Source of the DNA: Candidatus Limnocylindria bacterium
Lineage (GTDB): Bacteria > Chloroflexota > Limnocylindria > P2-11E
Direction: 5' to 3'
DNA: 59,836 nucleotides
Assembly: GCA_035937095.1 (NCBI GenBank)
Contig: DASYVN010000003.1
Coordinates: 1 to 59,836, forward strand
In this document: positions 20,215-29,465 of the stretch, piece by piece
Layout of the letters: the number at the start of each line of letters is the position of its first letter
How positions within the stretch are numbered: position 1 is the first letter of the stretch
Program-made: the position numbers and the translations under genes
Notes under the pieces: model-generated
What the model saw: only the letters and a program-made list of their open reading frames with translations
Told to the model about the DNA's origin: nothing
Databases searched by the model: none

Positions 20215-21162
20215 CTAGAGGAACCACTGCCCCTTGCCCGCCGCACGGTCACGCGCGGCAAGTGCCGAGCCAACGATCGAGACGTCACCGCCGAGCGCCG
20301 AACGGACGACCCGTACCGCGGCCGCCGGCACCTTGAACGCGCGTTCGGCGATGGCCTGGCGCATCGGCTCGAGCACGTGAGACGGCTCGTGCTCGGCGAT
20401 CGACCCGCCCACCACGATGCGCTCGGGATTCAAGGCGTTCACGATGCCGACCGCGAGGTTGCCGAGCGCGGCTTCGGCGCGCGCGATGAGCACCGCCGCT
20501 CGCGCATCGCCTGCCGCGGCCTTCGCGTACACGACACTCGCCTCCGCGGCGCCGTAGGCCTCGGCGAGATTGCGTCCGGCGGCGTACGACTCGACGCAGC
20601 CGTGGCCGCCGCATCGGCACCGCATGGTGCCGCCGAGCCCGACCGGAAAATGCCCGAGCTCACCCGCGGTATTCGAGGCTCCGCGCAGCATCCGTCCGCC
20701 GGACACGATCGCGCCGCCGAGACCCGTCGAGACGGTGATGTACACGAAATCGCGCGCGCCTTTCGCCGCGCCGGCGATCCCCTCGCCGATCGCGGCCATG
20801 ACCGTGTCGCGGTCGAGAAAGACCGGCGGACCGCCAAGACCCGCCGCCACACGCGCGGCGAGCGGAAAGTTCGCGTCGGTGAACCCGGCGATGTTCTGGG
20901 TCGTGAGAATGACCCCGGTCTGGTGATCGAGCGGCCCGGGCGCCGAGAGCCCGGCGGCCACGATGTCCCCGCCGGCGACGGCCGCGGCGCCGAACGCGGC
21001 CTGCGCGCTCGCGACGAGCGCCGCGACGACGGCGCCAGGCCCGGTCTGTGGCGTGGCCCGTGCGTCACGGCCGATGAGCGTGACGTCGTCGCCCTCGATG
21101 CGGGCGACCGCGGTGCGGACGTTCGTCCCGCCGAGATCGAATCCGAGGTAGAGCGCGCTCAG
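20215..21162 (-). CDS. ROK-family sugar kinase (glucokinase-like); apparent CTG start
   Basis: The ROK zinc motif [12 protein letters not shown] and GELGH are present. The ATP-binding N-terminus [24 protein letters not shown] lies upstream of the first ATG/GTG/TTG (track start 20961). It is reachable only from CTG 21162, which overlaps the upstream TGA. Confidence 0.8.
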   Translation of the reverse strand: MSALYLGFDLGGTNVRTAVARIEGDDVTLIGRDARATPQTGPGAVVAALVASAQAAFGAAAVAGGDIVAAGLSAPGPLDHQTGVILTTQNIAGFTDANFPLAARVAAGLGGPPVFLDRDTVMAAIGEGIAGAAKGARDFVYITVSTGLGGAIVSGGRMLRGASNTAGELGHFPVGLGGTMRCRCGGHGCVESYAAGRNLAEAYGAAEASVVYAKAAAGDARAAVLIARAEAALGNLAVGIVNALNPERIVVGGSIAEHEPSHVLEPMRQAIAERAFKVPAAAVRVVRSALGGDVSIVGSALAARDRAAGKGQWFL

Positions 21163-22817
21163 ACCTTGGGCAGTCGCCCGGCGACGTCCGGCTCGCTCAG
21201 CGCGGAGGCATCGGACCCGAAGACCTGCTGCTGTGCCGCCCTGTAGCCGCGCTTCGCCTTGTCCTTCCCGAAGGTATGCGCGGCATCCTCGTAGATCTGC
21301 GAGACGAGGATCGCAAGATACGGGAGCGCCTGCTGCTCGGGCATGTTCTCGCGATCGAGCGCTTGCGCGTCGATGCGGTCGTCGACGATCGGCAGTGGCC
21401 GGTCGATCGGGTCGGCCTGCTCGTCGACACGCATGAGGAGGTTCGCCATGCGGTCATCGAGGCGGCCCTTTCCGTACTGGCCGCTGTTGTATTCGGCAAG
21501 GAGCGCGTTCGCGAGCGAGGCGAGCTGACCGGCACGGCCGGCCGCAGCCGCGGTCGCGGCTGTGCCTGAGGTCGCCGCGTCGTGGGCCGGTTCCTCGCGC
21601 TTGAGGAAGCCGAAGAGCCCTTTCTTCTTCTCCTCCGGAGCGGGCACGGCCTCGACCTCGGGCTTCATCCGCGCCCACTCGTTGATCCGCTCATGCGCCG
21701 GTGGGGGCGGCACCACTGGGGCCGGCCCGAAGACGCCGCTCAAGGCGGCCAGCCGCTCGTCCTGCACCGGTGGGATCTCGGTCGGCGTGGCGGCCGGCGC
21801 CGGCTCGGGCTCGGGCTCGGGCTCGGTGGCAGGCGCGCTCGGAATCACGCTCATGCGCGCGTCGAGCGCCGCCGCGAGGTCGTCACGGATATCTGTCTCC
21901 GGCGCGGCCCACTGCGGCGGGCCCGGCGGCGGCTCGACCGCGTGGGGAGCGTGCGGCTCCGGCGGGGCGACCTCCCAGCTCTGGGGAGCGGGCGCCGACT
22001 GCTCCCAGCTTTGCGGTGCGGGTGCGGGCGCCGGCGCCGGTTGCTCCCATTGGTATGGCGGAGCGGACTGGTCCCAGCTCTGCGGTGCGGCTGAGGACTG
22101 CTCCCAGCTGTGGGTGGGGCTTGGACTCGGGTCGTCCGCAGGCGCCTCGGCCGGGGCCACGGCATCCCACTGCTGGGCTGTCGCCGCGTGCGTTTGGGGT
22201 GGAGCCCAGGGCGGTGCTTCCGGCGCCGGAGCGACCCGCTCGGAGGCGGGCGGGCTCCACTGTTCCGGCGCCGGGGCGGCCTCGAGAACGTCGATGAAGC
22301 CCCGCTCGACGAGGGCCGCGAGCGACGCGCGGGTCGCGAGCTTGCCGGCCTTCAGATGTTCGGCGACGCCGGTGACGTCGCGCTCGCCGTTCACCGCCAG
22401 CAAGGTCCGCCACTGATCGGACGAGAGCGTGATGTCCCCTTTGTCGGCCGCTCGCTCGGAGAGCCGGAACCGCGAGCGGTCCTCGGGGATGACCTTACGG
22501 ATCGCGATGATGCGATCGCGCTCCTCGACGGCCTTGTCGAGCAGCTGGTCCAGATCGCCCGCGAGATTCGCCGCCGGAGCGTCGGCCCAGGGGATGAACT
22601 CGAACCCACCGTCCGCCACCGCGAACACCGCGCCGAGCGCCGGCTCGCCGGCCTCCTCACCGGCGATGGCGGCAATCAGCCGCCCACCGTCGAATCCGAG
22701 CGTGCCGCCCGCGCCGTCGGCGCCGCGGACCTCGAGTTGGCCGGTCTTGCTCGTCGAATGGATGAGCTGGACGACCGTCTCAATCGGGAATGACTCGATC
22801 TCACCGCGCAATGTCAT
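21159..22817 (-). CDS. DUF4388 (PATAN-like N-domain) protein with Pro/Trp/Gln-rich repeat linker
   Basis: The N-terminus MTLRGEIESFPIETVVQLIHSTSKTGQLEVRG matches the DUF4388 pattern. The central repeats read HSWEQSSAAPQSWDQSAPPYQWEQPAPAP..QSWEQSAPAPQSWE. An ATGA overlap links it to the upstream ATPase gene. Confidence 0.7.
   Translation of the reverse strand: MTLRGEIESFPIETVVQLIHSTSKTGQLEVRGADGAGGTLGFDGGRLIAAIAGEEAGEPALGAVFAVADGGFEFIPWADAPAANLAGDLDQLLDKAVEERDRIIAIRKVIPEDRSRFRLSERAADKGDITLSSDQWRTLLAVNGERDVTGVAEHLKAGKLATRASLAALVERGFIDVLEAAPAPEQWSPPASERVAPAPEAPPWAPPQTHAATAQQWDAVAPAEAPADDPSPSPTHSWEQSSAAPQSWDQSAPPYQWEQPAPAPAPAPQSWEQSAPAPQSWEVAPPEPHAPHAVEPPPGPPQWAAPETDIRDDLAAALDARMSVIPSAPATEPEPEPEPAPAATPTEIPPVQDERLAALSGVFGPAPVVPPPPAHERINEWARMKPEVEAVPAPEEKKKGLFGFLKREEPAHDAATSGTAATAAAAGRAGQLASLANALLAEYNSGQYGKGRLDDRMANLLMRVDEQADPIDRPLPIVDDRIDAQALDRENMPEQQALPYLAILVSQIYEDAAHTFGKDKAKRGYRAAQQQVFGSDASALSEPDVAGRLPKV
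21940..22110. repeat. Imperfect short tandem coding repeats (core TGCTCCCAGCT)
   Basis: The core CTGCTCCCAGCT(N)TG recurs about 5 times at irregular spacing of roughly 30-45 nt. It encodes the (Q)SWEQS repeats of the DUF4388 protein. Confidence 0.6.
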
Positions 22818-23899
22818 GCGATGGCCTCCTCGGTCTGCTTATCGAAGACGTGGAGCTTCGACCGATCGAAGCCCACCCGGATGGCATCGCCGGGCTGGTT
22901 CTGGGTGCGGGTGTCGACGCGCGCGACGAAGGTCTGCCCGGCGGATGAGAGATGCAGCTGGAACTCGTTCCCGAGGAACTCGACGACCTCCACCTTCGCG
23001 TCGACTGGAATGTGCCCGTCCTGTCCCGCGAGGTCCCCGGCGTTGATGTCCTCGGGGCGGATCCCGACGACCACCTCGCTGCCCATCGCCCCGCCCTTGC
23101 CGGCGGCAAGCGGCGCCTGGAAGAAGCCGGCGTCCGCGACGGGCGCCGCCGCGCTGCCGGTGAGCTTGGCGGGAAAGAGATTCATCGCCGGCGAGCCGAT
23201 GAACCCCGCGACGAAGATGTTCGCCGGGTGGGCGTGGAGGTTCTCCGGCGTGTCGATCTGCTGGAGCAGGCCGTCGCGCATGACCGCGATGCGGTCGCCC
23301 ATCGTCATGGCCTCGACCTGATCGTGCGTCACGTACACGGTCGTCCGCTTGATGCGCTGATGCAGCTTCGAGAGCTGGGCGCGCGTCTCGATGCGAAGTG
23401 CGGCATCGAGGTTGGACAGCGGCTCATCCATGAGGAACACCGCTGGCTCACGAGCGATCGCTCGACCGACCGCGACGCGCTGACGCTGACCGCCGGACAG
23501 CTCCTTCGGCTTCCGCTTCAACAGCTTCTGGAGGCCAAGCATCTCGGCGACCTCGCCGACGCGCCGATCGATCTCGACCTTCGGCATGCCGCGCAGCTTC
23601 AGACCGAAGGCGATGTTGTCGTAGACGCTCATGTGCGGGTAGAGCGCATAGTTCTGGAACACCATCGCGATGTCCCGATCTTTGGGCGCGACGTCGTTCA
23701 CGAGGCGCTCGCCGATGAGGATGTCGCCGGTCGACTGCTCCTCGAGCCCGGCGATCATCCGGAGCGCCGTGGTCTTCCCGCAGCCGGAGGGTCCCACGAG
23801 GACCAGGAACTCCTCGTCCTTGACCTGCAGCGACAGGTCATTGACGGCGAAGACGTCTCCGAACTTCTTTGTCACGTGGTCGAACGTGACCGTAGCCAT
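22814..23899 (-). CDS. Sugar ABC transporter ATP-binding protein (MalK/MsiK/UgpC-like), no adjacent permease
   Basis: ATG 23899 is preceded by GGAGGGG. It has Walker A GPSGCGKTT, signature LSGGQRQRVAVGRA, Walker B FLMDEPLSNLD and a MalK-type C-terminal regulatory domain. Confidence 0.92.
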   Translation of the reverse strand: MATVTFDHVTKKFGDVFAVNDLSLQVKDEEFLVLVGPSGCGKTTALRMIAGLEEQSTGDILIGERLVNDVAPKDRDIAMVFQNYALYPHMSVYDNIAFGLKLRGMPKVEIDRRVGEVAEMLGLQKLLKRKPKELSGGQRQRVAVGRAIAREPAVFLMDEPLSNLDAALRIETRAQLSKLHQRIKRTTVYVTHDQVEAMTMGDRIAVMRDGLLQQIDTPENLHAHPANIFVAGFIGSPAMNLFPAKLTGSAAAPVADAGFFQAPLAAGKGGAMGSEVVVGIRPEDINAGDLAGQDGHIPVDAKVEVVEFLGNEFQLHLSSAGQTFVARVDTRTQNQPGDAIRVGFDRSKLHVFDKQTEEAIA

Positions 23900-23935
23900 A
23901 CATCCCCTCCGACGTGTCTGAACGGCCAAAGTATG

Positions 23936-24488
23936 TCATGGGAGGTCGGTCTCGAGTCGCGTGAGCGCGGGCCGTGGACCGCCTCGGTCGGCCGCTCCGA
24001 CATCGGGCCGTACGCGGATCGCGTCGGCGCGGGAGAGCGTCGCACCAGGCGCGAGCCGCCCGAGCACCCGAACGCGGTACGCGACCGCCCCCGGTGGTGG
24101 ATCGAGTTCGACCACGATCCGCCGATCCGCGCCGACGTGCACGAATGGCGAGTCGCGCGTCGCGAGCTGCCGCGAGCGCGCATCCCCACGCGCGTAGTAC
24201 GCGACCCGAACGAAGGCCTCCGCGACGTCCGGGTTTATCCACGGCCACCGTCAGCACGACGCCGGCAGCGCCGTCGAGCGGTCGCAGCCCGCTCTCGATG
24301 CCCCACGCCCGGCCGGTCGGGATCCCGAGGATGAGGCCGCCGACCTCGCGACCCAGGTAATCCAGGAACGCCCGCGGCGTGGTGCGGCGGAACGGACCAG
24401 GGTCGGCCGATGCGGACGATGCAACGAGGACGAGCGCCAGCCCGACCGGGGCGAGCCAGACCACACGGTGCAGTGGCGATCGACCCAC
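23936..24488 (-). pseudogene. Frameshifted gene for a small secreted protein (or a sequencing indel)
   Basis: Frame A gives MGRSPLHRVVWLAPVGLALVLVASSASADPGPF...GAAGVVLTVAVD, with a signal peptide, then degenerates into Arg-rich junk. A second frame opens at 24250 and reads (W)INPDVAEAFVRVAYYARGD...VHVGADRRIVVELDPPPGAVAYRVRVLGRL... to a stop at 23936. The switch point is about 24233-24241 (forward GGGTTTATCC). Confidence 0.5.
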
Positions 24489-24593
24489 GGTCGGACCGTA
24501 CCGGGCACCGGACGTCGTGTCGTGTCCTCCGTTCGGCCACCGGCGGGGGTCATTCGGTCACCGTGAGCGGCTACGGGGTAGCCAAGTGCGTGG

Positions 24594-27560
24594 TCAGGCG
24601 AAGTCGATCTCCCAGGTCCCGATCTCGAACGCCTCGAGCGTGACGGCCGCGGCGCCGTCGTGAAGCTCCAGCGGCGCGGCGGTGCGCACGATGTCGAGCC
24701 CGGTATTACCGAGCGCGAGATCGCCCTCGCGCAGGTCGATCGGACGCGACGCCCCGACGGGCCGCGCGAACCGCAGCGTCGCGCGCGCGACGTCCTTGCT
24801 CGGGTTCACCAGCCGAACGACGAGACCGTTGCGTGATCGCGCTCGCAGGGCCGACAGGGTGATCGCGGCATCGCCGTCGAGGGCGCACAGGGACCGCTCC
24901 TCGCCCGAGCCGGCCGCGAGCCAGGCGGGCGAGAGGAACTCGCGGATCGCGCGCGCGGCCTGGGGCAGCCGGACCGTGGCCGAAAGCGGCACCACGCAAT
25001 AGCGGAAGTTCATGTCGCCAAGGCATTGCGCGGACGGTGTCTCGATCTCCGGGCCGGCATGGCCGCGCCGCTCCGGCAGATCTCCGCGGGATAGGAAGCC
25101 CACCGCGCGGAAGAGCGTGATGGCGATCGCGCCGCCGTCGCTCTGCACCGAGTACTCGCGCAGGCCGTCGGCTCCGACGGCGATCCCGCCCACGGTACCT
25201 TCCACCGCCACGATCTCGTGGAAACAGCGCTCGGGCGTGGGGGGTTCGACCCATCCGCGCTTGCGCGGCACGCGGTTCGGCCGCTCGAGCCACGCGAAGC
25301 CGGCGCCCGCGGCGTGGGTCGCGGTGCGGAGGCCGGTCTCGCACACGACCTTCAGCCGGTGATCTCGCGACGCGTTCGTGACCGTGGCCGCGACGTCGAC
25401 GTGCGACGCGCTCGCGTCGAGCGAGATGGCGAAGCGGACGCGGTTGTCCACCAGCTCGGGCCGGCGGGCCAAACGGTCCTCCCGCAGCGACGATGGCAGG
25501 CGCAGCGCGAGATCGACCGTCACGATCGCGCGGTCGCCATCCACGCGCGTCGCCGTGTGGCCCGCGACCCCCTTCGACCCGATGGTCGGCCCGGCATACG
25601 AATACGTGTACTCGTCGCCACGGTCACCTTCGTCGATCAGGACGTTCATCCGCGCGGACCGCGTGCCGGTCCTTCGGTCGATGACGATGAAGCTCCCGTC
25701 ATCGTCCACCTCGACGCGGAGCCGCTCGTTCACGATGACGCCCGGCTCCGGCGCGCTCACCCCGTCGGTGCGACCGCGCGCCGCGGCCGCGACCCCGAGC
25801 GGGGCACAGCGCACGACGGTCGGGCGGCCCGCGACCGTGATGATGGCGTCGCGGGCCCAGGGGATGGCGCTCCAGGCGACCGGAGCGTCGCCGACCCCGG
25901 CGAGCGCCGTCGAGAGCTGTGTGACGAGACGCTCGCCGCCCGCGCGGACGCGAGCGAAGCGCGGTCGCATATCGAGGTCGTGCACCGCATCGATCGAGCA
26001 GCCGCAGATCGAATCGTGCGGATGGTTCTCCAGCAGCGTCCGCCAGAGGGACCGCAGCGTGCCGCTGGCGCCGCCACCGCTGAGCGCATCGAGCGGCTCG
26101 CAGCGCTCGAGGAGCAGTCGCTCGCAGGTGGCGTTCTCCTGCTTGATCCAGACGCGCGTGGAGTTCACCCCGCGGAGGATCGGCCGGTACTTCCCGGCGA
26201 CCATCTCGCCGTGGAACACGCCTCGCGGCGCGGGCAACGCGGCGACGAAGTCCTCGAGCGTCGCGATCTGCGCCTTGGTACGCGGCGCGACGCGCGTGAT
26301 CGCATCGACCGCGTCAGGCAGCTTCTCGAACGCGGGGGTGTGGTCCGTTCCCACCATGAAGAGGACCGCATCGCCTGCGGCGTACGGCGCGGTCTGATCC
26401 ATGATCCGCGGGAGCGTCGCACGCACGCGACGCGGCACGTCGTCGACGGGCTTCACGCCGACGGCCACCAGCGGCAGCGCGTTGTCGTAGTGCGCGACCT
26501 GATGTGACGCGAGGACCCGATCGCCTGACGGCGCCTCCCAGTGGAATTCGCTGCCGAGCTCCTCACCTTCGTCCCCCACCCCGCGCGCGAACACGTAGGA
26601 GCCGTAGCCAAAACCGCGAAGGACCTGAGGCATCTGGGCCGGGTGGCCGAACGGGTCGGCAGCGTACGCGACCCGCGACGCTCGGCCGAACGAGCCCGCG
26701 ACCCGCAGCCCTTCTTGCAGGTTGCGGACGATCGACTCGCCCGACACGAGCAGGAGATCCGCGAGGACGTACCACGGGCCGATGAGCAAGCGATCCGCGC
26801 GGACGAGCGCCTCGATACGCGGTCGGTCGGCGGGGCGCACGGCGAGGTGGTCCTCGAGCGGGATCGTTTGCCCGTCGAAGGTGAACGAGCGGAACCGCGG
26901 CTCGCGCTCGAGGAGGTCCAGCAGCGAGCCGACCATCGGCACGAGCTGCGCGCGGAAGCCTTCGAAGCGCTCGTACCACTCGCGATCCCAGTGCGTGTGC
27001 GGGACGACGAACGCCCGCCACGGGTAGAAGCGGAGCACCCAGGCGACGATCGGCGGCGCCAACAGACCCCAGACGATCCCGACGATGGCGCCACCGAGCG
27101 CATCAAGCGGGTAATGCACGCCGACGAAGACCCGCGAGAGCCCGACCGCGGAGGCGAGCAGGAGCGCGAAGGGCCGGAAGCGCGGGAAGCATTGGCCGAA
27201 GGCGACGGCCGCTCCGAAGGCCAGGGCGGTGTCCCCCGAGGGGAATGAATAGGAGGACGGCTCGGGGATGATCGCCGGCAGTGCCTCCGGGATCGCGAGG
27301 AACGGCCGCGGTCGCTGGACGAAGCGCTTCACCGTCTCGGCCGTTGCCCAGGCGAGGACCATGCCGATGACGATCGTGAGCGCGACCCAGAGGCCCCGCC
27401 GGCCCCCGCGGGTGCGCCACATCAAGATCCCGAGCAGCCACCACTGCAGACCGAAGAAGTTGAGGTACGTGATCACCATCGCGACGACGGCAATCAACGG
27501 ATTGCGCGCCGCGATGATCGCGGAATACAGCCGTTCGTCGAACGCGAGGAGCTGATCCAT
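24594..27560 (-). CDS. Fusion protein: PAP2 (acid phosphatase/lipid phosphatase) 6-TM domain + GH38-family alpha-mannosidase/mannosylglycerate-hydrolase-like enzyme
   Basis: The PAP2 motifs are KRFVQRPRP, FPSGD (D where the canonical PSGH has H) and SRVFVGVHYPLD. The GH38 N-terminal signature FVVPHTHWDREWY follows immediately, then about 750 aa of GH38-like sequence. An ATGA overlap links it to dedA. Confidence 0.85.
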   Translation of the reverse strand: MDQLLAFDERLYSAIIAARNPLIAVVAMVITYLNFFGLQWWLLGILMWRTRGGRRGLWVALTIVIGMVLAWATAETVKRFVQRPRPFLAIPEALPAIIPEPSSYSFPSGDTALAFGAAVAFGQCFPRFRPFALLLASAVGLSRVFVGVHYPLDALGGAIVGIVWGLLAPPIVAWVLRFYPWRAFVVPHTHWDREWYERFEGFRAQLVPMVGSLLDLLEREPRFRSFTFDGQTIPLEDHLAVRPADRPRIEALVRADRLLIGPWYVLADLLLVSGESIVRNLQEGLRVAGSFGRASRVAYAADPFGHPAQMPQVLRGFGYGSYVFARGVGDEGEELGSEFHWEAPSGDRVLASHQVAHYDNALPLVAVGVKPVDDVPRRVRATLPRIMDQTAPYAAGDAVLFMVGTDHTPAFEKLPDAVDAITRVAPRTKAQIATLEDFVAALPAPRGVFHGEMVAGKYRPILRGVNSTRVWIKQENATCERLLLERCEPLDALSGGGASGTLRSLWRTLLENHPHDSICGCSIDAVHDLDMRPRFARVRAGGERLVTQLSTALAGVGDAPVAWSAIPWARDAIITVAGRPTVVRCAPLGVAAAARGRTDGVSAPEPGVIVNERLRVEVDDDGSFIVIDRRTGTRSARMNVLIDEGDRGDEYTYSYAGPTIGSKGVAGHTATRVDGDRAIVTVDLALRLPSSLREDRLARRPELVDNRVRFAISLDASASHVDVAATVTNASRDHRLKVVCETGLRTATHAAGAGFAWLERPNRVPRKRGWVEPPTPERCFHEIVAVEGTVGGIAVGADGLREYSVQSDGGAIAITLFRAVGFLSRGDLPERRGHAGPEIETPSAQCLGDMNFRYCVVPLSATVRLPQAARAIREFLSPAWLAAGSGEERSLCALDGDAAITLSALRARSRNGLVVRLVNPSKDVARATLRFARPVGASRPIDLREGDLALGNTGLDIVRTAAPLELHDGAAAVTLEAFEIGTWEIDFA

Positions 27561-28207
27561 CAGTGCGTGCGGACGTGGCGCCAGATGAACAGGCCGACGC
27601 CCGCGACGATGACAGCGGCCACGAGGTAATCAAGACCCTTCAGCGTCTGCTTGATATCGGTCCAGTGGTCGCCGAGCACGACGCCGCCCCAGACGAGGAG
27701 CATCACCCACGGGATCGCGCCGAGCACCGAGAACGCAATGAACCGCCATAGCGGCATCCGGGCGATGCCCGCGGGCACCGAGATGAAGGTGCGCACGATC
27801 GGCAGCATCCGCGAGAAGAACACGGTCGCGTCGCCCCATCTCGCGAAGTGCCGCTCGGCGGCGTCGAGATCGTGGCTGGAGATGAGCACGTACTTCCCGA
27901 AGCGCTGGAGGAGCGGCCGGCCCCCGTACGCCCCGATCGCGTACGCGACCAGCGATCCGATCGTGTTGCCGGCGACGCCCGCGATCACCGCGCCCCAGTA
28001 CAACCACGGTGCGCCGGTGAGCGGCTCGGAGACGCCGCGGGCCACCGAGAACCCGGCCAGCGGGAGGATGAGCTCGCTCGGGAGGGGGATCGCCGCGCTC
28101 TCGATGGCCATCGCGACGACGACGCCGAGATAGCCGAACGCCGCGTAGGCGCGTTCGAGCAGTGGCAGGACATATCCGTCGATCGCCTCCAGCACCACCG
28201 GTATCAT
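27560..28207 (-). CDS. dedA: DedA-family membrane protein
   Basis: Internal ATG 28207 gives MIPVVLEAIDGYVLPLLERAYAAFGYLGVVVAMAIESAAIPLPSELILPLAG...FFSRMLPIVRTFISVPAG. The upstream part of ORF 27560..28516 is junk. Confidence 0.85.
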   Translation of the reverse strand: MIPVVLEAIDGYVLPLLERAYAAFGYLGVVVAMAIESAAIPLPSELILPLAGFSVARGVSEPLTGAPWLYWGAVIAGVAGNTIGSLVAYAIGAYGGRPLLQRFGKYVLISSHDLDAAERHFARWGDATVFFSRMLPIVRTFISVPAGIARMPLWRFIAFSVLGAIPWVMLLVWGGVVLGDHWTDIKQTLKGLDYLVAAVIVAGVGLFIWRHVRTH

Positions 28208-28259
28208 CGGGCTTGAGGAAAGTGGCTGGGCCGGAAGAAAAACGGTCTGGAGAGGCCCC

Positions 28260-29465
28260 ATGCGCCAAGCAGCCGATTCGGCGCTCGACGAGCGACTTCG
28301 CGACGGTGTCGCGCGGGTCGGTAGCGCCGACCTGCTCGTCGGGATCCCGAGCTTCAACAACTCGGCCACCGTCGAGCACGTGGCGCGGACGGTCGCGGCC
28401 GGCCTGCGCACGTATTTCCCGGACGCGACGCCGGTCATCGTCAACGCCGACGGCGGCTCGAAGGACGGCACGAGCGACGTGATCGCGGCCTCGACGGACG
28501 GCCTGCCCACCATCACCGGCGCCTACGTCGGTCCGCCGGGCAAGGGCTCGGCATTCCGCGCAATCTTCGAGGTCGCCCTCGAGCTCGGCGTTGAAGCGTG
28601 CGCGGTCGTCGACAGTGACCTGCGCAGCATCACCCCCGCATGGATCGATCGGCTCATCTCGCCGATCCGCGGCGGGACGGCGGACTACGTGACCCCGCTG
28701 TACGCCCGTCACAAGTTCGACGGCACGATCACGAACAACGTCGCCTATCCTCTCACCCGCGCGCTCTACGGCCTGCGGCTGCGCCAGCCCATCGGCGGCG
28801 AGTTCGGGTTCAGCCCCGAGCTCGCGCGCGACTTCGTCGCCGGAGCGGTCTTCGGTGGCCCGAACGTGTGGGACACGGACGTCGCGCGGTTCGGCATCGA
28901 CGTCTACATGACGACCACCGCCCTCGTGCGGCGCAAGCGGATCGTGCAGGCCTTCCTCGGCGCGAAGATCCACGACCCGAAGGACCCGGGGGCGGACCTC
29001 GCCCCGATGTTCACGCAGGTCGTGAGCACAGCGTTCCGGCTCGCGGTCGCGAACCCTGAGAGCTGGAGGTCCGGGCGGGGTTCCAAGGCGACGGAGATCG
29101 TCGGATCCATCGACCCGGTCGAGCCGGAGGCGGTGAGCGCGAGCGTCGAGATCCTGCGGCGCAAATACGCCGCAGGCCGCACGGAACACCAGCGGACGTG
29201 GGACCAGATCCTCTCGCGGCCGGTGCCCGGCCGCATCGATGACCGCACCTGGGCCGGCATCGTGTACGACTTCCTGCTCGCCTCGAAGCAGCGGCCGGAG
29301 GAGACCCAGCGCTACGTCGGCGCGCTCGTCCCGCTGTACTTCGCCCGCGTCGCGAGCTTCATCGAGGAGGCGAAGGACCTCGACACCGAGAAGGCCGAGG
29401 CCCTCGTCGAACGACAGGCCGTCACCTTTGAAGAGCTGAAGAAGGCGCTCGTCGACCGCTGGTGA
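28260..29465 (+). CDS. GT-A fold (GT2-like) glycosyltransferase, possibly a glycosylglycerate-type synthase
   Basis: It has ADLLVGIPSFNNSATVEHV...VNADGGSKDGT...VVDSDL (a DxD-like motif). GGAGAGG precedes the ATG. Specificity is inferred only from the neighbouring genes. Confidence 0.7.
   Translation: MRQAADSALDERLRDGVARVGSADLLVGIPSFNNSATVEHVARTVAAGLRTYFPDATPVIVNADGGSKDGTSDVIAASTDGLPTITGAYVGPPGKGSAFRAIFEVALELGVEACAVVDSDLRSITPAWIDRLISPIRGGTADYVTPLYARHKFDGTITNNVAYPLTRALYGLRLRQPIGGEFGFSPELARDFVAGAVFGGPNVWDTDVARFGIDVYMTTTALVRRKRIVQAFLGAKIHDPKDPGADLAPMFTQVVSTAFRLAVANPESWRSGRGSKATEIVGSIDPVEPEAVSASVEILRRKYAAGRTEHQRTWDQILSRPVPGRIDDRTWAGIVYDFLLASKQRPEETQRYVGALVPLYFARVASFIEEAKDLDTEKAEALVERQAVTFEELKKALVDRW

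Noticed and set aside
24233-24241. Programmed +1 ribosomal frameshift as the explanation for the split gene
   Set aside because: I see no recognisable slippery or stop-stimulated motif (for example a prfB-like CUU UGA with an upstream SD). An indel or pseudogene is the simpler explanation. It stays listed as a finding because it is cheap to check.
25218-26507. 429-aa plus-strand ORF and other ORFs inside 24594..27560
   Set aside because: It is antisense to or out of frame with the PAP2-GH38 gene and has no motifs.
27630-29189. 519-aa minus-strand ORF
   Set aside because: It spans the divergent dedA/GT-A promoter region antisense to the glycosyltransferase. The product is R/D/G/A-rich with no motifs.
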